From assembly GCA_038496445.1 (NCBI GenBank), contig JALMLS010000377.1:62001-126000 (forward strand): 64,000 bases of DNA, written 5' to 3'. Each line of letters starts with the position of its first letter. The first letter of the stretch is position 1. Of the stretch, positions 26,068 to 36,760 are shown in pieces. The notes under the pieces are model-generated. The model did not search any database and had not been told where the DNA came from. It saw only the letters and a program-made list of their open reading frames with translations. This stretch comes from Trichosphaerium sp. ATCC 40318. Its lineage: Eukaryota > Protista > Tubulinea. A program made the translations under genes and the position numbers.

Positions 26068-27336
26068 CTATATCATTTGGCTAGGCGATTTGCGAGGCTT
26101 CTCAGCTTTTTCGAGCGCGGAATTGTACACATTTAATCCAAGACCAGCAAATACGACTAATATTCCTGCCCACTGCATAGAACCTACTGCGTGACCGTGA
26201 AATGTTATGGACAGCAGTATGGTAAAAAATTTTCGACACGTGGTAGTGATTGAGGTTGTCAGTGCTCCAAAGCGCCAAACAACATAAAAAATGAATGTTT
26301 GACCAACACCAGAGAGTGTAGAGAATAAAATGATCCAAGGAATAATGCCTGGGTGGCGAACACAAAAAGATATACCCGATATACCTTCTCCGCTAATAAT
26401 CAGCCCTATAGTATTGTTAGAGGTTGATTACGTACAGACTAAGCTACTGGACGTACAAGTAAAAAGCAGGACAACATTCCACATGTTAGAGAAGAACATG
26501 AGGTCCGTGGATGATGGCGGTACCACTTTTTTACCTGATGTTGGGTGCTCAGGGGTTACCACCATCTTTTGTAGAACGCCTGTGGCACCATCAAACGCTA
26601 GTGAGCCCATCAAGCACATATAACCATAAAAGTTGTCATCACTTGACATTTCTACAGCAGTTCCTTTTGCTTTTACTTTGTTCTACGTGAACAAGTATTA
26701 ATACTAATTGTGGTGTGTCATGGGTGACGTACAACACTCCGTTCATACATAAAAAGTGAAATGCCTGCAGTTATCATCAAGACAAATAAGATTTTTGTTG
26801 GCGAGTATCGTCGTGCTAGAAACACCATCAAGAAAATCATTACGGGTATTGGTTTGCAAGACTTTGCGAGCACCTGAAACGAAACGGTAAATAACTGATA
26901 GTCCATGTATAGGTTAGTAAGTAAGCGGCGGACCTGCGTGGGGTAGTCTATGAAGCTAAGTGCCATGTTTGAGCATACCATCGCCAATAGTGACGTAGCT
27001 GCTTGAGGAAGGAATCTATACGGACGTGTGGTAGTCGTTTCCTCATTAAAAATGTACTTGCTCACTAACGCTTGTTTTAGTGTATAAAGTGTAGTATAAT
27101 GCTAGGCGCACCTAACTTTGCGATCACTGAGCCTACGACTGATTGCCAGAAGAGTATGAAGGGCGTATTTCTGAATCGTTCCTTATCTTCCCCATACCCT
27201 GTTTTAAACCTATTACGTTAGAATACGGTCCGAATATCGAAAATACTTACACATATTCTTGAACAAAGCCATACATAGCGTAGGACACGAATATACCGCC
27301 CACCGACACGTAATAATTCACTTGGGCCGATGCCAT
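26068..27336 (-). CDS. SLC35B1: UAA-family nucleotide-sugar/ATP transporter, SLC35B1/HUT1-like
   Basis: [56 protein letters not shown]. Confidence 0.88.
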
Positions 27337-27734
27337 CTGTACACCACGTCACAATTTCTGAATACGTAATAATAAGTTTCAACTGCATTCCTTAAGCCTA
27401 TTTTATGCTTCATTCGCGTTTTGCCTTATAAGAGCACGTTTCAGGCTTGAAACGTGTATCAAACAGTACATTTGCCAAAGTTTAGAGCTTTGCACAATGA
27501 GTGTAGTGGTAGTTGGGCGTTTGCTCTTATGTAAAAGACAACGTGTCATAAATTTGGCACGTGTCAATAATTAACAAGCCATTCAGTACATCTACACTAC
27601 CCTGCACCATCCGCAATGCTGCTTCTGCAATTTACACAGTAGTTACTCTTGCTGACAGAGCAATTTATAGTGATTACACTCCATTATTGTACAGTAGAAA
27701 AATGGCGTTGCGGATTGCGCGTGTTGGAGCTGTA

Positions 27735-28130
27735 TCAGTTGTATTGATGAGAAACGGGGCCAAAGTATCCAAGAAGTAAACTCGTTCCGGATACCATAAA
27801 CATTGTCAAGGAGTTTTTAGCGTCTAGTTCTGGGCTCTGTGTATTCGCCCACGCAACTAAAACAAATGATGTGGCAATCCAAGCGTATAATCGCGTCTAT
27901 TTGCGTTAGTAACTTGTAATCAATATCTTGAGGCGTACTTTAAGGATAAAAGACAAAAAGCTAAACACCAAAGAAATCATAATTAAAATATCTGCAAACT
28001 CATCCACGGCGGGTTCTTCGCCCTGACGTTAGCTAGTTAGCGTCGACCGACAATATCGTAAAAAATAAGCTAAAATATGTACCTTCATTGTAAATTTGAC
28101 ATTCTCGTTGTCAGGATTCTTCATAGACAT
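27735..28130 (-). CDS. PAT complex subunit Asterix (PAT10/WDR83OS-like); absent from the ORF track
   Basis: Three exons give MSMKNPD...DEFADILIMISLVFSFLSFILKTRLYAWIATSFVLVAWANTQSPELDAKNSLTMFMVSG..., matching the Asterix three-TM pattern. Confidence 0.75.
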
Positions 28131-28411
28131 TCTGTGAGAAGGTGTGGTAGTTGTCAACGTGTGCCTGTCTTAAATATTGACTGTTGTTGAAACAGGGTTT
28201 GATGAAAATATTTGACACAAAGTATGCAGTAACTTCTGATATTTTCAGGTAACACTGTTTTGTAAAGCTGTCTAAAATGGTAACGGAAGAGATTAGGTTT
28301 GCTACATTAATTTTTAGTTTGCAAAGGGTACACTGGATATTGTACAACCCGAAAGGCGTTGTGGTACCGATATTGTTGAAAGTACAGGAATGTGATTTGT
28401 GGAGCTTGGAG

Positions 28412-28600
28412 CTACTCAGAGTCATCCGTGTCATCAGAGTCGTAGCTATTAATTGACATACTATTGCCGTCCACATACCTAACATAGCTATATAAAGAAC
28501 CATCGTGTCGCCAATGTTTGTGCTTGACTGTAAATGTCTTCAATTACTCTTTTGACCAATTTACCGTTTCAGCTCCATGTACGATAATTCGGTGACACGA
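28412..28600 (-). pseudogene. Decayed C-terminal fragment of a MORN_2 repeat gene
   Basis: YRTWS*NGKLVKRVIED, then a frameshift to KHWRHDGSLYSYVRYVDG; compare KAWAENGQLLKSIDD and KTWLQDGSLYRHVDYRGG in 14001-15452. Confidence 0.55.
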
Positions 28601-28762
28601 AATTGTGGAATACTCGAATTTGAGCATTAACATAGGAGCTGTGTCAGGTATTAGAGATTATGCACTCTAAGTCAACAGGAGCACGTGCAGTGTGTATTTT
28701 TGAAACGCCTTGAGCTAAATCCAATAGGAACCAAAGTGCTTTATTTACAAATGTTCCATAAT

Positions 28763-29897
28763 TTACAAATCTTCGAATTTTAATGGTTTTGGTAAAATTG
28801 GGAGCTCAAACACTTGTATAGGCTCTATTGGAGGTTCCTCTCCCTCTAGAAATCGTCTTCCTCCCCACCATTTGCGCTCTTTAGAAGACTTTCTGGCAGG
28901 CGCTGACTTTCTATCACCTGTAGATGCCCTCCTTTCAACTGGCGGTGTGCGTGACCTTTTTCGCACAATTTTTTGTTTAACTATTTCTGCGCTTCCTGAT
29001 CTTGACAGCTTATCAGTGCTGCCAGTTGAATTTTCTAGAGAATGGTCGCTTAAATAATGTAGCGCTTGAGACTTCTTTCTCTTTCCTTTAACGGACTTGG
29101 ACTTCTTCTTTTTGCGATCCTTAAAAAAAAACAAAGTAAATATCTAACTTTACAATTAGTAAATGATACCTTGCGCTTGGGTGTGCCATTTTCGTCAGGC
29201 ACGCTTGTCAATGACTTTGATTGTTTCATACCACCTTTCTTTTTAGATGATTTACCCCACACTTCATTGGCTTCAAGCTGTACAGTGCGCGGTCGTGCTT
29301 TCGGCCGAGATTTCGATCGTCGGGAAATCCGTCTGGGTACGGCGGAAGCAGTAGGACTTTGTGATCTCGTAGTCTGTTGGTGAGTTGTAAGCTCTGTAGC
29401 AGTTCCTTGTCGCGTTAGTGAGAAACGCCTCGCTTTAGTTCTGGGTTTTTCTGTAGTATAAATATCATAACTTGTTGCAGACACCGTTTTCCGCTTTGCA
29501 CGCTTCGCGCCGCGTAGATCTGATGCCCGATAAACTGGAGATCTCCTTGCTTCGCTATCAGTATCGCTCTCAGGCAACAAGTGACAAGATGGGTTTTCGT
29601 GTTTGGCATGTCGTTTACTAAACCCTAGCTTTCCATATCTGGTTCGATGTCCGTTTTTCTTGTCTGTTTGTGGCAAGCTAGGTACAGTTGGTCATTTGGG
29701 TTTTCTGACGATATTGATTTTACAAAACTTGCTTGTTTTATAAAGTAGGTTTCGAAAAGCGTCGAAAAGGCAATGTACCTTTCTTTTAGGTGGGCGTCTT
29801 TATACTGAAAGCAATGTTTGCACAAGCTCTTTCGCCAAAGTTGAGCTTGAAATGTTGAACAGGCTTTCCCTGGGCGCTTACGGGCTATCGTAGTCAT
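28763..29897 (-). CDS. Basic low-complexity protein with N-terminal CxxF..(F/W)xKxxCxxCF...H zinc-finger-like motif (MPRIP/TRIOBP N-terminus type)
   Basis: CSTFQAQLWRKSLCKHCFQYKDAH followed by Arg/Lys/Ser-rich exons joined by short introns. Confidence 0.6.
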
Positions 29898-30290
29898 TTG
29901 TTTAAAATCGTCAGCTCCGTATTGCAGGGCATTTAAAAGTTTTGTGGCGCTTCACAATAGGCTATAAGGGTGTTTGTGGTGTGAATAAAGAAGGTGGCAG
30001 ATTGCGTGCTATTAAAAGGTAGTTTTCAAATTCCAGAACACTACTAAACTCCTTTCTTCGCACATAGCACCACAACTCGATAATGAAAAACAGTTTTGCA
30101 ACGAACAAAAAAATAGTTTTACTGTCTTTTTACGTACGTGTGTTTTATGTACACTTGACAGGCAGATTTCTATCGTGTTGCAAGCTTGACTAAACTGGAA
30201 TGAATTTTTTTTGGCTTTCTTTGCTTTTTTATCTGCACGAATTTTAAGTAACACTGTATTGCATAAAAAACTCTACGCTATTTTGGACGC

Positions 30291-33200
30291 ATGCGCAACC
30301 GGAGAAATCATACCTCAGGCGTCAATCACGATTTAAACAACCATAACAGCCAAAGTATCGATAAGGGTCCTCAAAGTGACGTAGTAGGATGTGTGAAGCT
30401 TTTACAGTACTATTCATCGGCGTACAACAAATGGATGTTGGTTGAATTTCACAAGCAGTCGAGGTTCTGGATATCTAAGGAACGCTCAAATATCGCCAAG
30501 GCTAGCGCGTCAGTGAACGCACCTCCTCGATTGGTGGCTCAACTGCTCTCCAATCCAATTTATAACCCTGAATGGGTACGTCTACGCTCAGTAACACTCT
30601 GCAGCGCTTCGTATAATCATGCTACCGAACACAGCGTTTAGACATTTCCATGTATCAATACTGACACTTTATGCGAAGGACATAGGACTACAAGCGTTGG
30701 AAATCATCTCTACGGATAAAAAGAATAACGTGACAAAGCTTTATGCTACTTACAACTCCAACGTCTGTATGACATGGTATGCTTTCTCTAAAAAGTCATA
30801 AACGCTCACAAACCTCTTATAGGCCTAGAGACTATTGTATTCAACAGTTTACTCATAAATCACCAAACGGCACGTGGTACATCGCTATGAGATCGTATGA
30901 GGACCACTTTCAACCGCCTATCACTGGTGTAATAAGGTATAAATCTTTGTAAACGATAATCTCATTTTACTTTTCAACAGCGCCCAATAGAACCGTTTTA
31001 AATCTCAACCGTTTTTTTTTGAATAAAATAAAACTAACGAGTACACTTCAGGAGTAAAATATTACCTGGTAGCGGTTTTTGTATCCAACCTGCGTTGTCA
31101 GAAGCCGGTAAGTGTAATGTTACGTTGGTGGGCAACTATGACTTTACAGGAGGTACACGATATTTTCCAATGTATCACAACTGAAAAAGGAGCACAAGGT
31201 TGGCCAGAGGTTGTATTTCAACCGTGGTTGCGAATGATGTTAATGTCCAAGATGAAGAGAATTCTATCGATTAGAAACTTTGCAAGCAATTACCTCACAT
31301 TCAAAGGAACAAGTGCATCAGCAATAAAAACCCCACCAGTAAAAAGGAGAACAATAGCACTTGGTGATAACAACAAGGCACGACTTTAAAATAGTCTGTT
31401 TAGAAAACTCTTCTAATACTGAATAGTTGCGTTCTCAAAGTCCAGGAAGAACCAGACCTAAGAGTGTTCATAAAATAGTGATGAAAGACAATAACACCAA
31501 CAGCTTACCTGTTGCTCAAAGTTCTGGGGCGAATGAAAAAGCAGAAGAAGATGTAAACTTTTCCTCACTACTTTATTTCTAAGCTTGTTTATTAATAACC
31601 TCTCTCGCCTTAGGATTTTGTTGTTGTAAACAATTCGGTGGAACCTTTTAGAGAAAGGATAAATGAGGCTTTAAAAAAAATCAAAAAACTATCTCAAGTG
31701 TCTTCTGGTGAGGATGGATGGCGAGAATCACAGAGTGGTGGAGTACGTACTTTTTTTTTTGTTTGTTTTTTTTCATATTTCTACAGGTAACGATTTTAAA
31801 ACGAGAAGAAAAAGACGGCCTAGCAAGCGCCCTAGGCACGTGTTATGCTACCTCTACCAATTTTAACATTTTTTTCTTGTAGGAAAAGGAAGAATACCAG
31901 CACCAGCGTCATTCTTGAGAACGTATATCAGAGACATTGAAATTCGTAGCGAATGGGATACCATGTTCAAAGAAGGTAGCTTGTTTTTGGGAAAATCATT
32001 GTTGAATATTTTTTATTGACACGTGATTAGGCAGAATTGTAAAGCAACTAGATGATAGTACCTTTATTGCACATGAGACGTATAACTCTGTGTGGCCGAC
32101 TTCTCCGAGAGACATACTGTACTGTACGCTGTTGTCTTTGTCCCCTGTTTTTTTAGCTTATTGTTTGTAGTGGGCACTTACGAGTTGGATAAATCCGGGA
32201 CATACTACATGTGTGCTTTCTCTGTTGGTATTAACAATAGTGTACCTCGTGTTTTTTTTGTTTATTTGTCTGTTAGAGGATGGGGAAGTCCCTGAACAAA
32301 AAGATAGCGTGAGAGTTAATTTATTGGTACAATGAAGATTTTTCAAACATTTAAACTTATTATCGCAAAAAGGTTGGTGGATGGGTTCTTAAGCCTTGTA
32401 AAGAAGACCCTAATGTTACTGATTGTACATATATAACTTGTATAAATTTGGGTACGCCAACGTATTACCCGAAGAACCGTCTTGAGGTTACCAATTGGCT
32501 ATTTTGATAACCTTTAAGGTGGAACTTTACCTGCTTTTGTGAAGAGTCAAGTGATACATAATCAACCAATGGTTATCGCAACGTTACGTAAGGTTGTTGA
32601 AAAAAAGTATAAAGATACATTTGAAGCAGAGACAGTAGATACAGTAGTGTACTAAACCATTTTTGTTAACTTGAGAATATTAACTTGTTTTCAAAAGGTT
32701 TCCTCCTACACTCCTTCACTCTGGTGCTCCTGCGCAATCATCACATATTACAAATACCTTGGATGATTTTACAAGCTCGGTATTGTCAGAAGATGAAGAA
32801 TTTCCATCGTCGTATTCTCCATTTACACCAGATGAAAGGTATCAACACGTTTTATCACACCTTTCGTATTTTCTTGCTTATCACCTTTCTTAGATCCAGT
32901 AAGCGACCAAGGAGTGTTAGTGCATTGTATTCAAGCGAGAATGAGTCAGAATCCATGAGCACAAGGAGGAGTAGCCTTGGTGCCTCTTCAATTCAGTTCC
33001 CACCTCTTCACTTTGCTTATGCACCTGACAATCAGTATTTTGACATCATAAGGGTACGAGATCGGTTCATTCCATTATACTAACATGTTTGAAGGAATCT
33101 ATGGATCAGCTCTTAGACGCTGCAAAGACCAATAAAAAGTCTAGTGGTTGGAGAAATTTTGAGCTTAAAAATGATGTTTTGATTACAAGGCGTAAAACTA

Positions 33201-33926
33201 AAGGAACGCCATTTTTTTGTCAAAAGGCACGTGTTTGTACAACTCTTATTATTTGTTTGGAAGAAAATGTTATGACTTTATTTATAGGGTATTGGTGAGA
33301 TAGGTGCTGATGTAGAGACTATTAAAAATGCTATTATAAGTTTTGAAAATCAGTCATCTTGGGATCCATTGTTAAAACAATGTATATACTTTTTTGTCTT
33401 TTAAAGTTTTTCTTCGCCTTACCATCACTTGTTTACTTACTTTTATAATAGCGTCTATTATCGAGAGTATAAGTGATCAATGCAAAGTTATTCATGCCAT
33501 ATACGAAACAAAAGTTTGTGTCATAAAGGTATGCAACTACATCTAAAAATTTTGATTGTCCTTTGTTAATTATAACTAATTTTTCTAAATCAGCAATCTC
33601 GTGATTTTTGTTACGTTACCTACTGGAGACGGGATAAAAAAGGAAATGTCTTTATTGTTGGTAGATCAATACAACATGACAAGTGTCCTATCGACCCAAG
33701 CAGAATACGTGGTGAAGTAATAGGTTCTGGGTGGATTATTGAGCCAAAGAACCAGGCAGATGGTGCCATTGGTGAAAGTAAAGTGACTTATGTTACACAA
33801 GTCGACCCCAAGGAAGTACCAGTCCCAATTGTAAATTTAATAGCCGAAAGACAACCACTCAATATTGCATCATTACGTAGGAAGATCACAGGATCTAGAA
33901 ATGTTGTTAAAGCTGGTGTCTTGTAA
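30291..33926 (+). CDS. Protein with three START lipid-transfer domains
   Basis: Three copies of W...K/GKG.I...WD...(S/P)RD(Y/F)C...RG....GW.I.P...TY...D separated by Ser-rich linkers; includes GC-AG introns. Confidence 0.88.
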
Positions 33927-34556
33927 AATAAAATCATTCATTATTTTGCTTGTTGAACGTTAACCTATCAACACTTCAAGTGGTTGACTGTCCTGCATAT
34001 GCAAGACCAACGTAGGAACCCATGGGGTTATTCTAAACCCTCATACGGACTAGTAAAATGAAATATCTAATTCGCTTCCATGATGAAGCTAAATAAAGTT
34101 TCTGGTACAAAACCACATAGATCTTGGGGAGCGATATTTGGTTATCAATACCAATACTAGCACATTTCGCGTTGACAGATGAACAATTTTCACGTGGCGA
34201 ATTATTTTCGACGCAGTCAAGTTAATTAAAAACTCCTCTTACTTCCAAGAACAGTTTTCATCCAGAGTTTGAAGGCAATCTCAGTGATTTTTGCAAAAGA
34301 CGGAGAATAAACAATGAATTTTTTTTTGTTTCTTCGATTGGCTATGGTTGAAATTGGCCAATTTCACTGAGTATCTTCCTACAGTGCGCATTTGATTGTG
34401 TGCAGTAAATGGTTACCAATTTTGAGTTTTGCGCGCCAAATTATACCAAAAGGTATGAGCTTTGTTTGCCGTACCTTAGTGTTCTTTGCAAGAATGAGGA
34501 AGTGTCGTTTAACGAAACTTAAGCGAACTAAGTTTCTTCATTTCGGTTTTCCCGCC

Positions 34557-35621
34557 ATGAACGCAGAGCTTGCTAACTACGAGTTAAAGATTACTACTAG
34601 TTTCGTCGACTATAAGGCACGTATCTATGATATAGCACTATTTAAACGGCCTGCGATTGGATCGTGCGTACGTAACCTTGGACGCCAACTGTCTGGTAAC
34701 TCAGGCTTGCTGGAAACCGATGTGTTGTCATGCGTTTTCACACTTAGCGCGCTCAACGATCCAATCAATGGCTACATGCAACCCCTACTGGCGTGTACGT
34801 AACCTTGGACGCCAACTGTCTGGTAACTCAGGCTTGCTGGAAACCGATGTGTTGTCATGCGTTTTCACACTTAGCACGATTCAGCAGTAGGATGCGCAGC
34901 CATTTGTTTTTACAAATTGTTTTCTAGTGTGAAGTTTAAATCGAGCCAAAACAGGGCACTACGCAAGGAGTGCTTTAGGCCTGAGCAGAACTTGCGTGGC
35001 GCCCTGTTTCGGCACATTTTACGCGTGCATACCTTTTAATGGTACTTTTAGGCTTTGGTAGCTACAGAACTACGTCGTCTAGAAGCTTTAAAAGACACCG
35101 AGATAGAGAAGGCTCGGCAAGAAAGAGAAGCGAGGGAAGAACAGGCTCGGCAAGAAAGAGAAGCAGCCCAAGAAAAGGATCGTCGTAGCAGAGAACGACA
35201 AGCAAAAGACGCCGCCAAAATAAAAGCCCTAACGAATGAGAACAAAAAATTAGAGCAACGACACCGTGACCTAAAGCGCAAATGCGAAGAAAGTGCATGG
35301 GAAGCGAAATACCTGCGCAAAAAGTGTAGAGAGTGGCAAGGTCGCGCGCGAGAAATGAAGCGTCAAAGGATTGCCATCGAGACAAATGCATTTACTGCAT
35401 TGCGCTGCAACCTACACGGTTCGCTTGAAGAACAAGCACGTAATGAACGCCGAGCGGATTGGGGCGATGATGAACAAAAGAAGAAGCTTGTTATACCACC
35501 GCTTCCAAATGGTGAAGAATTCGTAGACGACGATTCTGAAGATTCTGGTGAAGGCTACCAAGACATGAATGATGGCGATTACCACCAACCTGGTGGAGAT
35601 GCCTTTTCAGTACGTAAATAA
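34557..35621 (+). CDS. Lineage-specific coiled-coil protein; predicted exons 34557-34616 and 35052-35621
   Basis: Joining AAG|gcacgt...ttttag|GCT gives MNAELANYELKITTSFVDYK-ALVATELRRLEALKDTEIEKARQER, which supplies the ATG that the 188-aa ORF lacks. Confidence 0.6.
34640..35013. ncRNA. Candidate intron-hosted structured RNA (three stem-loops plus a closing helix)
   Basis: Inverted repeats 34655-65/34756-66, 34767-73/34898-904, 34784-90/34885-91, 34640-47/34934-41 and 34945-67/34991-35013. Confidence 0.5.
34668..34874. repeat. Two identical 80-nt direct repeats (34668-34747 and 34795-34874) separated by 47 nt
   Basis: Both read GTACGTAACCTTGGACGCCAACTGTCTGGTAACTCAGGCTTGCTGGAAACCGATGTGTTGTCATGCGTTTTCACACTTAG. 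Confidence 0.97.
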
Positions 35622-36366
35622 TTCTACGATTTTGAACCTTGCTGTTTTTTTTTGACACTAACCGTCCTATTGTAGGAATAATCTCGATGCATTGTTTGTT
35701 TTGATCTGTATTATGTTGTACAATAATAATAGTAAATGTAATTTTATACGTGTTTCTTGGTTTACTGATCTGATGTAACTTTGCTAAAAACAACTCTTTT
35801 TGCGTGCCACGCTACCACTTTGGAGAGACATTGGTGCCCTTTCGGTCAATTAGTGGTTGGCGACGTGTAGAATTCAACTTTTCTGATCATAGCACGGTTG
35901 ACAATAGCACATTTGAAACTTAAGTTTACTTTTCTTACATTACAACTAGAAATCTGACAAAATACACTTCTTCTTTTGTACATCTCGAACTCGTTGCTGT
36001 CTGTTCGTTATGTATAAACCTGCGTGGAGTCTTTTGAGGAACAGTATTTGTCAGGTAAATCGAAGTGTTTCATTAAAAGGGCTTGAGTAAAGTTCTATTA
36101 CTAGCTCTGCTCTGCCCATAGTTGCGATTGACCTTCTGTATCTTTGTATATGTAACTTCTTCACCTGTTCTGGAATTTCTAACGTTCTGATACCATTTCT
36201 ACGCTCACAATCAGAAAAAAAGTTGAAACTGCTAATTTTTTTCCATTCAAATCTAAAACAGTGCGGAATTCAATTGGTATTAGCGCTTATGATGTAGAGC
36301 AGTACCAATGATTACACTCATAGTATGAGAAAAACGAAGACGCTGTTGTGATCGTTGTAGCAGATT

Positions 36367-36760
36367 TTGAGGCTGGTCTCACCTGTTGGTGCTGCAGTGA
36401 TATCAACATCTGAGGGCTACCAACCGGCACCAATTGAACTTGAAGCAACATACACTAGAAGTGATAGACTGAGAGTTACATTCGATATCTTTGATGGTCT
36501 TAATCCAAGGAAGAACGAATACTACCTTGGGGTGATTACAAGACCTGTACCCTTTGCTAAAAATCAAAGTGCTACACTTGTGTACCTTTCCAGTTTGTTG
36601 TTTAAAGGAACTCAGGAATATCACTTTGTAGAACCGCAAGCTGGTTGCTCAGTAGCTTTGTTGACTGGTGATCGTATTCCTCAAGATATCATTGCTTGTA
36701 CATCTGTAACTACAATGCAATGAATACCGAGTGGCTATGACAAACCAGCAAGTAATCAAT
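36367..36760 (+). pseudogene. Probable gene fragment (beta-rich, no ATG) in a gene-poor stretch
   Basis: 118-codon protein-like ORF with no intact upstream exon chain. Confidence 0.3.

Noticed and set aside
34668-34874. CRISPR-like repeat-spacer array
   Set aside because: Only two units, 80 nt is too long, the genome is eukaryotic and there are no cas genes.
34392-34890. ORFs 34392-34802 and 34657-34890 as proteins with a repeated peptide
   Set aside because: They are read-through of the duplicated 80-nt units, start at non-ATG codons and are not protein-like.
34627-34904. Group I/II intron, hammerhead, twister, or glycine/TPP/cobalamin riboswitch identity for the structured element
   Set aside because: Only isolated short look-alikes (ATGATATAG, GCAGCCA, GTGCG, CTCAGG) in the wrong order or lacking the other core motifs.
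34613-35055. Introner/MITE with an AGGC target-site duplication creating the 435-nt intron
   Set aside because: AGGC is at both junctions but equals the ordinary AG|G splice context, and there are no terminal inverted repeats.
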